Shown one piece after another: positions 29,149 to 39,342 of a stretch of DNA of 64,000 bases. The position numbers and the translations under genes were made by a program. Under the pieces are notes generated by a model that searched no databases, was not told where the DNA came from, and worked only from the letters and a program-made list of their open reading frames with translations. The stretch's first letter is position 1; every line of letters begins with the position of its first letter. Location: assembly GCA_963778115.1 (NCBI GenBank), contig CAVZSV010000004.1, forward strand, positions 576,001 to 640,000, given 5' to 3'. This stretch comes from an uncultured delta proteobacterium. Its GTDB lineage: Bacteria > Bdellovibrionota > FAC87 > UBA2466.

Positions 29149-29658
29149 TTACTTCGGTGCGGTCGCGGGAGGCGGCGGCTTTAGCGGAACATTTTTTTGG
29201 ATGTAAGCAACGATGGCATTGACGTCTTTTAGTCCACCCACCGTAAGGGACTTGTATTGGGAGTCATACAGCATCGCTCCCCCCGTATAGACGAGTTGGA
29301 TTTGTCGATTTTCAGTGGAGGGATTAGAAAAAACTCTAGTCAATAGCTGCAACGTGGCATCCGCTTCGAACTTAAGCCCCACCCCTTGATAGCCCGACTT
29401 ATCCAAAATTTGTTTGAGTTCGTTATAGGCCGGACTTTCCTGGGCTTCGGGAGTCTGATTGAGCTCCGCTTCGTTATTTACTTGAGTGAGAACACTCGAG
29501 CGCGACGCGCAACTAAAGAGAAAAACTAAAGAAACCGATAAAACAAGGGTGCGCGTTAGGAATTTTTTAGAAGGTAAATTTCGCCTAGATGGTTGATTAT
29601 TCAGTAATGTAGCCACGATTTTTCCCCCTTTCTGAATAGTTCCTAAAGATCTTACCAC
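29149..29658 (-). CDS. Hypothetical lipoprotein (start uncertain)
   Basis: Hydrophobic stretch ending LFSC, Pro-rich tail. Confidence 0.6.
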   Translation of the reverse strand: MVRSLGTIQKGGKIVATLLNNQPSRRNLPSKKFLTRTLVLSVSLVFLFSCASRSSVLTQVNNEAELNQTPEAQESPAYNELKQILDKSGYQGVGLKFEADATLQLLTRVFSNPSTENRQIQLVYTGGAMLYDSQYKSLTVGGLKDVNAIVAYIQKNVPLKPPPPATAPK

Positions 29659-29690
29659 AAATTCCCGATGTATCGATTGTGGAGGTACTA

Positions 29691-30769
29691 GTGCGTTTTG
29701 GAGTTACCATAACCTGCGTCGCTTTTTTAATGACGGCGTTGGTATCCACCGGGGCAAAGGCTTCATCTGACGACGGGTCGTTCTCTAAATACAGATCCGT
29801 AAATTTAGATTTCGCCGTAACAGCGCGAAAAACTTCGAACGCCTGGTAATAGAATTTTCTAAAAAGTCGGGAGACTCCAAGCCCGTCGTTCGAATCGATG
29901 CTCCCAGTTCTGGAAAAGATGCTACGATCGAAATCGATCAGGCAAGTCTGGTAGGTGCTATTCCGGAAGCCTTGATCAACGACTCGTATGTTCCCCGAAG
30001 CCGTTTCTTGGGGCCGGTTTCCATTAATACGGATGGGCCAAGCTCAGGATTTACTATCCGAACCTTTTTGAAAACCCCCGTCGGGGTGGACGCTTTTTGG
30101 TTAGACCATCCAGCTCGTTTAGTTCTCGATGTCTTTCCTGCCAACTCGCCTCGAGTTGAGGGACGCGTTCCTGAACCTTTCGATCGTGCCGTCGCTAGCT
30201 ATCGTCCGAGTAACGACGATGCAGCCAATGGACCTATCGTTTGCTATCCCATCTCTTCCGCGGTCTCCGCTCAAGTGATGTTCCATTCTCAAAGTTCGCC
30301 GGCAATGCCTTATGCTTCAGTGGAGGGATTGTCCTCGGGCGCGGGGAACGGTCCGGAGCCGGTCATCTGTTTTATGGCTTCGTCTCGAGTATTGCCGACA
30401 GTCTCCTATCGTCCGAAATCAATGGATTCGGGCAACTACGTCCAATGGGAGGGGGGATTCGGAGCCAGACAACCAAGCTCGGAAGGAAGTCTCTTCGGCG
30501 GCGCGGGTATGTCAAACGGGCTTCCGGGATTACCACCCATACCGCAACCGCCTTCCGGCCAAGCTCCTGCTATTTTGGGGGCTGCAAAACCTCCCGCTGG
30601 CGGTTTAGTGGTTCCCGATATCAGCCCCGGCAGAACGCCGCTGGGAGCTTCCTTGGCAAATCCGGCAACCGTACAGAGATTGCCCGGCATGGGAGTACCG
30701 GTGGGACCCAAAATTCCTAGTCTCAGCGGCCTGACGTCCCCGACCCCACTTCCCCCCCCGACAAAATAA
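29691..30769 (+). CDS. Secreted AMIN-like domain protein with Pro/Gly-rich tail; apparent frameshift near 29787-29789
   Basis: GGAGG RBS and GTG signal peptide in one frame; FERLVIEF and PARLVLDV in the -1 frame. Confidence 0.65.
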
Positions 30770-30866
30770 TCGCTGGAAGTTACCGGCTCTCTACGACGCT
30801 TGCATTCCTATTCGCCTTTTTCATATTTAGCCTGTCTCCCCAAGGTATGATAGGCTCCTCAATTAA

Positions 30867-32810
30867 GTGCGTAGCCGTTCCCGTCGACACCAACATAAGC
30901 ATCCCCCCCTTTCTAAGCGAACCTATATCGGGAGAATCCAAAAAAATCCCCGTGGTTTTGCTTTCGTCCTCTCCGAAGAGCGGGGGGGAGCTGATGTATA
31001 TGTTCCTAAATCGGAAGCCACTTTCTTGCTCAATTCCGACAAAGTGGAATACCGCGTCCATCGCGATGGAAAGCGCAGTAATGCGGAAATCATCCGCATT
31101 TTGGAGCGGGGCCAGACGGAGATTTTGGGGCTTGTTCACAAATGGCGAAATGTGTACGTGGTTGCCATCAACGAATACGGAGCCTTTCTTCTCGATCGCA
31201 CCACCGCCAACCCGCCCCTCGGAGAATGGGTTATCGCGCGTTTTGTCCGCTACCCCACTCGCGAACAAGACGGTGTCGTCGCCATTAAAGACGTTTTAGG
31301 GGCTCAGCTTTTACCTAAGCATGATATTGAAATTACCGTCGCAAAATATGGAATCGAAACGGGCTATGACGAAGCCGCCGTACGGGAAGCGCAGGATTTA
31401 AGAAAGGAATGTGAGCGCGAACTCTGTTCTCCCTCAAAGAAGAGGAAAGATCTTAGGGCGCTTCCCTTTGTCACCATAGACGGAGAAACCGCAAAAGATT
31501 TTGATGACGCGGTACTCGTCGATACTTCGGATAAAAAAAGTGCTTTCATCCTCTATGTAGCTATTGCAGATGTCAGTTTCTTTGTTAGAGAACAGACTCT
31601 ACTCGACAAAGCGGCGCGACGCCGAGGCACCAGCGTTTACTTTCCGGGGACTGCAATTCCGATGCTTCCCGAAGTTCTATCCAACGATTTGTGCAGTCTA
31701 AACCCCAAGACCGATAAGCTGACTCTGACCGCCGAAATGCATATGGATCGAGAAGGGAATGTGACCGCCTCCCATTTCTATGAAAGCATCATTCGGACTG
31801 CTGCCAGACTAACCTATAACGACGTGCACGACTTTAACGAAGACAAAAAGCCCATTCCTCCTGAATTAGAAGAGCCGATGAAGGCCGCGTACGCGCTTTT
31901 TCGCAAAATGCGAATCCAGAGAAAGTCTCGCGGAGTTCTCGATTTTGATCTTCCCGAGAGCGAAATCGAGCTTAACAGCGAAGGCGAGCCGATTGATATC
32001 CATAGAGCAATGCGTCATGACTCTCATAAACTGATCGAAGAGTTCATGATTGCCGCCAATCGAGAGGTCGCCAAAAGACTACGCGAGACAAAAACACCAG
32101 CCGTCTATCGGGTGCATGAAGCCCCAGAGCCCACCACCCTCGACGAGGTCAATATGCTGATGCGTCATCTAGGCATCTCTCATCGCATTCATGACTTAAA
32201 CCCGAAATCTCTTTCTGGCCTGCTAGAAGCCACTAAATCGATCAAGGGCTCCAAGACACTACATAAGGCTATCCTGCGGCTTCAAAAGCAAGCCCGGTAC
32301 ATGGCCGATCCGCATGGCCACTTTGGCTTGGCGCTACGTGACTACACCCACTTTACGTCACCCATCCGGCGTTATCCGGATCTCATTGTCCACCGTGCGT
32401 TAAAAGGGCTCATCGCAGGCAAGCGAGACTCCGATAATAGATATGAAGAGAATTACTTTGAAGCGGTGGGTGCCGAATGTTCCGACCGGGAGCGTCGGGC
32501 GATGGAGGCCGAAAGGTTCATCGTAAAAAGAAAACACTGCTGGTTCATGTTGAAGCATGTTGGGAAGGATTTTTCGGGGCAAGTGGCGGGGGTTACGGCA
32601 AACGGTGCGTTCGTGGAGTTGCCGGAATTTGCCATTGAAGGATTTATCCCGCTCGACAAGATGGCCGGACGTTATGAATTTGATGAAAGTCGAGTCTGTT
32701 TGCGACAACGTCCAGGAAAAAAGGTCGTCTCGCTGGGGGATTCGATAGCCATCACTGTAGCTGACGTGAGCCTTGAAGATAATGATATTACTTTTGCCGA
32801 AAAGGGCTAA
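30867..32810 (+). CDS. rnr: Ribonuclease R / RNB family exoribonuclease
   Basis: GFAFV cold-shock domain, TIDGETAKDFDDA, HFTSPIRRYPDL, S1 domain. Confidence 0.92.
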   Translation: MRSRSRRHQHKHPPLSKRTYIGRIQKNPRGFAFVLSEERGGADVYVPKSEATFLLNSDKVEYRVHRDGKRSNAEIIRILERGQTEILGLVHKWRNVYVVAINEYGAFLLDRTTANPPLGEWVIARFVRYPTREQDGVVAIKDVLGAQLLPKHDIEITVAKYGIETGYDEAAVREAQDLRKECERELCSPSKKRKDLRALPFVTIDGETAKDFDDAVLVDTSDKKSAFILYVAIADVSFFVREQTLLDKAARRRGTSVYFPGTAIPMLPEVLSNDLCSLNPKTDKLTLTAEMHMDREGNVTASHFYESIIRTAARLTYNDVHDFNEDKKPIPPELEEPMKAAYALFRKMRIQRKSRGVLDFDLPESEIELNSEGEPIDIHRAMRHDSHKLIEEFMIAANREVAKRLRETKTPAVYRVHEAPEPTTLDEVNMLMRHLGISHRIHDLNPKSLSGLLEATKSIKGSKTLHKAILRLQKQARYMADPHGHFGLALRDYTHFTSPIRRYPDLIVHRALKGLIAGKRDSDNRYEENYFEAVGAECSDRERRAMEAERFIVKRKHCWFMLKHVGKDFSGQVAGVTANGAFVELPEFAIEGFIPLDKMAGRYEFDESRVCLRQRPGKKVVSLGDSIAITVADVSLEDNDITFAEKG

Positions 32811-32816
32811 TGCCTA

Positions 32817-34495
32817 ATGAAAGTTTTCTCCACAGCGACCAATATCACTCAGGCGTTTAAAAACGCGGGCCGCGTGCGCGAAATCTTAGGAATATTGGGA
32901 AAGCACGGATTTGCCGACCTCTTACATCGGATGAAACTGACTCGGTTTCTTCCGCAAAAATATTCGGATAACCCTGGTTACCAACAGCTTCCGGTTCCCG
33001 TACGATTAAGACTCAGCTTTGAAGAGCTGGGACCCGCCTTCGTGAAATTGGGCCAACTCCTTGCTACCCGACCCGATTCGTTGCCCGAAGAATTCACCGA
33101 CGAATTCGAAAAGCTTCAAGACAACGTATCTAGTGTTCCCTTCCCTGAGATTAAAGCTCTCATCGAAGCGGAAACCAAAGCTCCCCTGGAACATACCTTC
33201 GCTGAGTTTGACCCGACGCCCATCGCAGCCGCCAGTATTGCGCAAGTGCACGGGGCGATCCTAAAGACTGGGGAACGGGTAGCGGTCAAAATTCAACGGC
33301 CGGGAATTGAACGTATTATTACCAATGACGTTTCCATTTTACGAGGGTTAGCGCTGCTTCTGGAGAAATATGTTCCCGAAACGGAGGTCTTAAATCCTTC
33401 GGGTTTGGTTGAAGAGTTCTTCAAAACCATTCTCTTTGAACTCGATTTTCGGGTCGAAGCAAATAATATCCGCCGCATTAAGAAAAATCTCTCGTCCCTC
33501 CCCCGAATCGCTGTCCCTCAAGTTTTTAGCCATTGCAGCACGAGTCATATTCTTGTGCTCGAAAGATTTGATGGGGTTAGATTTTCCGATCGCGAAGCCA
33601 TACAGAAACAGGGAATTGATCCGAGCGAAATAGTACGATTGGGAACCGACGCTTTCTTTCACATGGTCATGGTAGATGGCCTTTTTCATGGAGATCTGCA
33701 TGGAGGAAATCTTTTCGTATTGACCGATGGAAAGATTGGAATGGTCGATTTCGGAATCGTAGGACGTCTTAGCAAACGAGTCCAAGACAGTATCATCATC
33801 ATGTTCACTGCCATCATCGACGAAGACTTTGAATCGTTGGCTTCAGAATACATAAACTTGTGCCAAGTCACAGGCCCCATCGACTACAGCTTACTTCAAA
33901 AAGACTTGATGGATTCCATCTCCCCTTACATCGGAATGGCTTTGGGGAAGTCAATATCGGTCGAATTTTGCTTCGCTCTACTTCTATTGCTACTCGCCAC
34001 CACCTAAAAGTTCCTCGCGAGCTCATGCTTTTATTCCGCGCTATTCTGACGATAGAAGCGTTGGGAAAGAAATTAGATCCGTCATTCGATCTTTTGCCCG
34101 TAGGAATTAATCTGGCGCGGCAAACTTTGGCCACTCGCTATAGTAAAGAGCGCGTCATGCACGACCTAATCGTAGTGGGAAGGGATCTTCAGAGTTTACT
34201 TGAAACAACGCCCCGACTTCTCAAGCGCAGCATGCACAAGTGGGCGCAAAACGGCTTTGCCATCGAAACCAAGAGCAAAGATGTAGAGGCTTTGTCCCAC
34301 TCCATTCGGCAGTCAAATTATATAAAACTACTGTGCGTCTTTTCTCTGGGATGGTTCGCCTTGGGAATTACTTTCATCATATTGGACACAGGCCCGGAGT
34401 TCGCCGGTGTTCCGGTTAGCGCGTGGGTGTCGTTAACCGTGGCGATAGCTCCTTTGCTAAACGGATTATGGCGTTTCAGAAAACTTATAAAATAA
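32817..34495 (+). CDS. ubiB: UbiB/AarF/ABC1 atypical kinase with apparent frameshift at G4 run 33944-33947
   Basis: LGPAFVKLGQ, AASIAQVH, AVKIQRP, FHGDLHGGN, DFG; C-terminus continues in ORF 33860-34495. Confidence 0.88.
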
Positions 34496-35286
34496 CGACG
34501 CATTTGTCAGCATTTCTGGCAGCGTTTTTCTCGTTCATAGCGTTGCCTCCTCATTCCGTATACGGCTGGGAATCCAAAATAGTAGTTACCGACATTCCCT
34601 CGCTAGAAGGGATGCCCGACGACAAAATGTATCAAGAGGTAAAGAAGATCATCGGAAATAATCCCGATGTCTTTCGCCGATCCGTTCGCCGCCTGGGCAA
34701 CCGGACCATCGAAATGCAAACGCTGCTTTCTACTGACGGCAGTTTTAAATATGTTTCCAGAATCTTATCTGATATCAAATCCATTCCAGATTGGGCATTG
34801 GAGAACATTAACGTCCCTCCTCCGGGCTCCGATTACAACTTCAAGATTTTGGGCGCTACCTTAGACCCGCAAGACCCTTCGGTGTTGGGATTTTCCTTTC
34901 GGTTGGATGTTCCCGTATTCAAGTATCAGGGATCGCGCAAGTTCAAACTAAAAGCAGACAAACGAAAAGATGTTTTTATCCTAAGTGGAGAAGCACTGCC
35001 TACCACCGATTCTGTCGTGGAGAGTGTAAGAACGACGATGAGGGTCTATCCCTCCGAGAAATCGTCGAATCGAGTTTGGATTGCAGCTTATGGCACCGTC
35101 GTCTTGCGGTCTTGGTTGCTTTACGAAGCGATGCCCGATCGCATGGTGGGGCGAGAATCTTCGAGCCGTATACAAAAACTCTTGGATAACTATCTCCGTC
35201 GCGAAGATAAGATCAGGGAAAAGGAAGAAAATCTCGATGCCCCTACCCCAATCGACGCCAACCTAGTGAAGAGCGATAAAAATTAA
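34468..35286 (+). CDS. Hypothetical secreted protein, possibly START-like fold (start uncertain)
   Basis: Signal peptide-like N-terminus, long ORF. Confidence 0.6.
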   Translation: MAFQKTYKITTHLSAFLAAFFSFIALPPHSVYGWESKIVVTDIPSLEGMPDDKMYQEVKKIIGNNPDVFRRSVRRLGNRTIEMQTLLSTDGSFKYVSRILSDIKSIPDWALENINVPPPGSDYNFKILGATLDPQDPSVLGFSFRLDVPVFKYQGSRKFKLKADKRKDVFILSGEALPTTDSVVESVRTTMRVYPSEKSSNRVWIAAYGTVVLRSWLLYEAMPDRMVGRESSSRIQKLLDNYLRREDKIREKEENLDAPTPIDANLVKSDKN

Positions 35287-35990
35287 AGGATGGGTAACGC
35301 AAGAAAGTAAAGAAGTGAAGCCGAAACTACGGGAATAGTAAAATTGTCGTCGATCGGTAACGGCAATATCTCAGCCAAAGTGCTAGCTACCCCACCCATC
35401 ACGGCAAACCAAATGGCCTTGTCGGCGGGCAAATTCATGTATGTCCTGGCAAAGATAAACGTAGTAACGACGGAAAGTACCGCGTTTGCCAACGCCCCTT
35501 CCAAACTTTTTTTCGCTAGGACTCCGGAAGTCCAAATCTTATGTTTCCCCCAACGAGTTCCCACAATCGCGGCGATAGGATCTCCCAAGCCCAAGAACAA
35601 AACAGCGAGTAGAGTGACCGGCTTTGGGAAGACCGCGGTCACCAGAGTAAGGCCGATCAGATAAAAGGAGTTGGCCGAGAGTTTCTTAAGTTCGTCGTCT
35701 CTCATGACGGAGCCGAAGATTCGTAAGGAGAGCTCTTTAAGGGCGGGGTTGCGGAGCCTGATAATATCGAGCCCTATGAAAGGAACTCCCACGAGGGTAA
35801 GTATCCAAAGCGCTTGGGTTCGGGTGAGAACAAAAGCGTAGAGAACAAAACAAAAAAGGCCCATCACGGCGTGGTAAAACTTACGTCCATAGTGGGGACG
35901 CGAACGATCTCTATTGCGAACTTGTGCTTCGACGACGGCCGCCTCGGTTCGGAAAACTTCAGAAAACGGAATCGCTAATGATTGCCTCAT
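35283..35990 (-). CDS. CTP-dependent polyprenol/diacylglycerol kinase family membrane protein
   Basis: RKFYH, GDPIAAIVG..WG, KSLEG, DDNFTIP. Confidence 0.88.
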   Translation of the reverse strand: MRQSLAIPFSEVFRTEAAVVEAQVRNRDRSRPHYGRKFYHAVMGLFCFVLYAFVLTRTQALWILTLVGVPFIGLDIIRLRNPALKELSLRIFGSVMRDDELKKLSANSFYLIGLTLVTAVFPKPVTLLAVLFLGLGDPIAAIVGTRWGKHKIWTSGVLAKKSLEGALANAVLSVVTTFIFARTYMNLPADKAIWFAVMGGVASTLAEILPLPIDDNFTIPVVSASLLYFLALPIL

Positions 35991-36116
35991 ATACCCCTTC
36001 AAAACGAGGGATAAGTAAGCAAGATTGATACCCACCCTAACCAAATCTGAACATTTAGCTAACTATCTAAAATTTATATATAAAGGCGCCTGGGTACGAA
36101 CGCTTCAAATCTAACC

Positions 36117-36180
36117 TTCGCGTAAGAAATTACGCGGGATCTTGCCTCAACCCAGAGAAGTACCTCCGTCCCCCTTTTTC
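36117..36180. repeat. Solo copy of the RAYT-flanking motif with adjacent hairpin
   Basis: CCTCCGTCCCCC (36163-36174) is the exact reverse complement of 48229-48240; CGCGTAA-GAAA-TTACGCG hairpin upstream. Confidence 0.55.
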
Positions 36181-36324
36181 TGAAAAAATTCCTTTTTATA
36201 ATCAACAACAAGATTCGACGCGTCATCATCGTGGGGGGTTTTGGAGGGCTGGGCAAAGATTTACGCACTTTCGATATGCTAAAATGGAACTCGCCTTACG
36301 TTCCCTCACTCCGGCGGAGCCTCC

Positions 36325-37548
36325 TTGAAGCATCGCATCAACATCCTTCCACCTCTGCTTATCCTCATTACGCTCGCCTTTTGCCAAAAATCGACCTGTT
36401 CCACCGTCACTTCGGCGGATCTCCAAAAAACCCTAAACGAAGCGACACTCGTGGCTCAAATCGACGTGATAAGTCTCGCGGGACATTCCGATCCCGTCCA
36501 ATACGCCTCCTTCGAAAGTCAGGCGACCGTACTCGCCATTGAGAGCACCAACGATGATGGCGGATGGCTTCCCCAACCGGGAGACTCGATTTCCATCATC
36601 GGGCCCGGCGGCGAATGGAACAACGTAGGCGTCATGATCTCAGGGTATCCCAGACCCTACGCCGGAAAAAAATATTTAGCTCACCTAAAACGCGTTTCCG
36701 GCAAGATCTTCACCACCGTCGGAGGAGATGACGGACTAGTCGATCTTTATCCAACTCATGACTATACCCGAAACCGAACGGATGGCATCAATGGGCAAGG
36801 GACCGGTCCCTTTCTTTTTTGGGATCCCACTTACTTTCCTATCCCCTACTTTATTTCCGAAACGACCTTTGCCGGCCATCCCGACTATGTCGCTGCCATC
36901 GATGAAAGTTTTAGAACCTGGCGGAACGTACAAGATATTATCGTCGAATTCTTACCATTGGGATGCACCTCCAAATCCCTCAGCCAAAACGACGGAGTAA
37001 ACTCAGTTTTATATATCACCCAGAACTGGCAATTTGATCCGTCCTTCATTGCGATAACCCGCAACTACTATATTGCCGGCACCGGTGGTCGTGCGGGAAT
37101 GATTCTTGATTCCGATATCATGTTAAACGCGCAAAACCACTCTTTCACCACCACCAATGAGCCAGGAAGTTTCGACGTCCAAGATATCGTAACTCACGAA
37201 GCCGGCCACTTTCTGGGACTGGGGCACGATACGGTCCCTCCCATCGATCCCGACGCCACTATGTTTGCCGCCGCCGCACCCAATGAAACCATAAAGCGGA
37301 CTTTGCATGCCGATGATCTGGCGGGCATCCACGCGGGATACGGCGGTGTAGGAAAAAAGATTACCCCCTTACCCATCCCAAGTTGCACATTTGCGGATCA
37401 AAAATACGGCTGTTCGGCGGTACACTCCACGAGCCGAGGATTGAGTAGTCTATGGTACGCGCTAGTTTATGTGGCACTACTCTTAACGTTGGGTCGAATA
37501 GTAATGTGGCGAATGTCTCTCACTTCAAATGCTTCATCTCCGCCTTAG
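36325..37548 (+). CDS. Matrixin (M10) family zinc metalloprotease with C-terminal membrane anchor
   Basis: HEAGHFLGLGH plus ATM Met-turn; signal peptide; GC motif then TM helix. Confidence 0.88.
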   Translation: MKHRINILPPLLILITLAFCQKSTCSTVTSADLQKTLNEATLVAQIDVISLAGHSDPVQYASFESQATVLAIESTNDDGGWLPQPGDSISIIGPGGEWNNVGVMISGYPRPYAGKKYLAHLKRVSGKIFTTVGGDDGLVDLYPTHDYTRNRTDGINGQGTGPFLFWDPTYFPIPYFISETTFAGHPDYVAAIDESFRTWRNVQDIIVEFLPLGCTSKSLSQNDGVNSVLYITQNWQFDPSFIAITRNYYIAGTGGRAGMILDSDIMLNAQNHSFTTTNEPGSFDVQDIVTHEAGHFLGLGHDTVPPIDPDATMFAAAAPNETIKRTLHADDLAGIHAGYGGVGKKITPLPIPSCTFADQKYGCSAVHSTSRGLSSLWYALVYVALLLTLGRIVMWRMSLTSNASSPP

Positions 37549-38227
37549 CCTTCTTGGCCAGCGGACTCTTCGGAAATCTCTCTACTAGCTCTTGATAAAA
37601 TAACTTCGCCTCTTTGGATTTTCCCAAACTCTTAAAACAGTTCGCCTGACGATAGATAGCTTGAGGAACAAGGGAATCTTTCGCATAATTTTTCTTGAAC
37701 TCGGAAAATTCGAGGGCCGCCGATGCATATTCTTTATCGGCATAGAAAGATTCCCCTAGCCAAAAAAGCGCTTTCTTCGAATCGTCGTTTTTCGTTTTCT
37801 GCTGACTCACCGCGCGAAATACCTCTTCGGCGTCCTCATACTTTCCGTCATCATATAGCTTTTTGCCCCGGTCAAATGTTGCCGTCGCTCGTTCTGTCGC
37901 CTTCTGTTTTTCGGAGTTATCTTCGGCCACTGCGCGGTTTTCGAGCGCTTGGACTCGAGAAGAGAGTGCAGCAATCTCTTTACGAAGCTCGTCCTCCTGT
38001 TGCTTCGTCGCCTGAGCCCGCTCTTCAATCAGATTATTGGTCTTAGATATTTCAAGCTTAAACTCTTCGCTCAAATTATCCATATCCGCGTGTTCCGTCT
38101 TCACCTGACTGACATCTTGTTGCAACCTCTGTAGTTCCTGCTCGCGGCGTATGTCGCTCTTGGTTTGACAGCCGGGAAGTAAAGTCGCCGTCGCAATAAG
38201 AAGTAAGGATATTTGGATAGGTTTCAT
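37520..38227 (-). CDS. cpoB: Tol-Pal system TPR lipoprotein CpoB/YbgF-like
   Basis: LPGC lipobox, coiled coil, TPRs, downstream of pal. Confidence 0.8.
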   Translation of the reverse strand: MKPIQISLLLIATATLLPGCQTKSDIRREQELQRLQQDVSQVKTEHADMDNLSEEFKLEISKTNNLIEERAQATKQQEDELRKEIAALSSRVQALENRAVAEDNSEKQKATERATATFDRGKKLYDDGKYEDAEEVFRAVSQQKTKNDDSKKALFWLGESFYADKEYASAALEFSEFKKNYAKDSLVPQAIYRQANCFKSLGKSKEAKLFYQELVERFPKSPLAKKAKAEMKHLK

Positions 38228-38592
38228 GGTTCAGCGGCCGGTGGTGGGGCTCCCTCTGGAGGAGGAGCCGCATCTTCGCCGGCAGGTTTGTCCTTGAGTT
38301 GGGTTTGTTTCAGCAACGAATGGTATTCTGCCTGCTCGGCCAGCATTCTTGCATCATTCGCATTCTTTCGACAGGAATCGAAGTACCCATCGGTGAAATC
38401 TTTTTTTGCCCGTAAGTAGTGATTCTCCGCTTTCCTAAAAAGGTCTGGCGCTAAAGAATCAGCCTTAACTTTTTGAGCCGCTCGGACCGCCACATCAGCT
38501 AATACGAGGTCTTCAATAGGACGGGGGTGACAACCCAAAAGGGTTATCACCCCCAAAGTACTAGTAATAGATAATAGGAGCTTTCGAAGCAT
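38224..38592 (-). CDS. DUF4398-like lipoprotein
   Basis: LLGC lipobox, A..AP..F.KAE helical pattern. Confidence 0.7.
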   Translation of the reverse strand: MLRKLLLSITSTLGVITLLGCHPRPIEDLVLADVAVRAAQKVKADSLAPDLFRKAENHYLRAKKDFTDGYFDSCRKNANDARMLAEQAEYHSLLKQTQLKDKPAGEDAAPPPEGAPPPAAEP

Positions 38593-38597
38593 CCGCC

Positions 38598-39119
38598 CTA
38601 GCGAGATAAAATGACGAAAGCCGCACGGCGATTTTTCGCCCATGCCGATTCATCGTGACCAGGATCTGCAGGCCGCTCTTTGCCATAACTAATCGTCGAT
38701 AAACGAGACTTTTCGACTCCCAATCGAATCAAATAGTTTTTGGCAGCATTCGCCCGACGCTCTCCTAAAGCCAAGTTGTACTCCGTAGTACCGCGCTCAT
38801 CGCAGTGTCCTTCGATTTGGACTGTTGCATTAGGATTAGACTTCAACCAATCCGCATCGGTCTTCAAAGCCGATTTTGCCGATCCGTTGATCTTATAACT
38901 GTCGAAATCGAAGTAGGCTGTCTGCAGATCGCCAGAGTCCGCTTGAGAGCCGGCATTGCCGTTTCCTGTGTCGGCCGCTCCGCCCGTATCCCCTGAAGGG
39001 TTGATGAGCGGTTCATCTTGCTTCACATCTTTTTTGCTGCAAGAAGAAAGTACCAACACCGCACACAAAGTAAAAACCGATATCGCGGGCCATCGAAAAT
39101 AACGCAAAACGCTCTTCAT
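38598..39119 (-). CDS. pal: Peptidoglycan-associated lipoprotein Pal
   Basis: LSSC lipobox, YFDFD, EGHCDERGTTEYNLALGERRA, SYGKE, NRR. Confidence 0.96.
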   Translation of the reverse strand: MKSVLRYFRWPAISVFTLCAVLVLSSCSKKDVKQDEPLINPSGDTGGAADTGNGNAGSQADSGDLQTAYFDFDSYKINGSAKSALKTDADWLKSNPNATVQIEGHCDERGTTEYNLALGERRANAAKNYLIRLGVEKSRLSTISYGKERPADPGHDESAWAKNRRAAFVILSR

Positions 39120-39342
39120 TAGAATCGCTCCTTATTATGCTCCCTCTAGTGAGGGCCTTCACCGTTTCCACGGTGCAAAGGGAAAAAGTACCCAAAGTTC
39201 CGTGATAATAAAACACTATTTTCATTGAATTTCAACGATACCCTGAGCGAAATGGAGCAATCGGGTTGCAATCCGAGTATTCCCGGCAGGGCCGGCGCAA
39301 TTTTTTGACCTATACAGACCCCATCTATTATGATGTCGCGAC

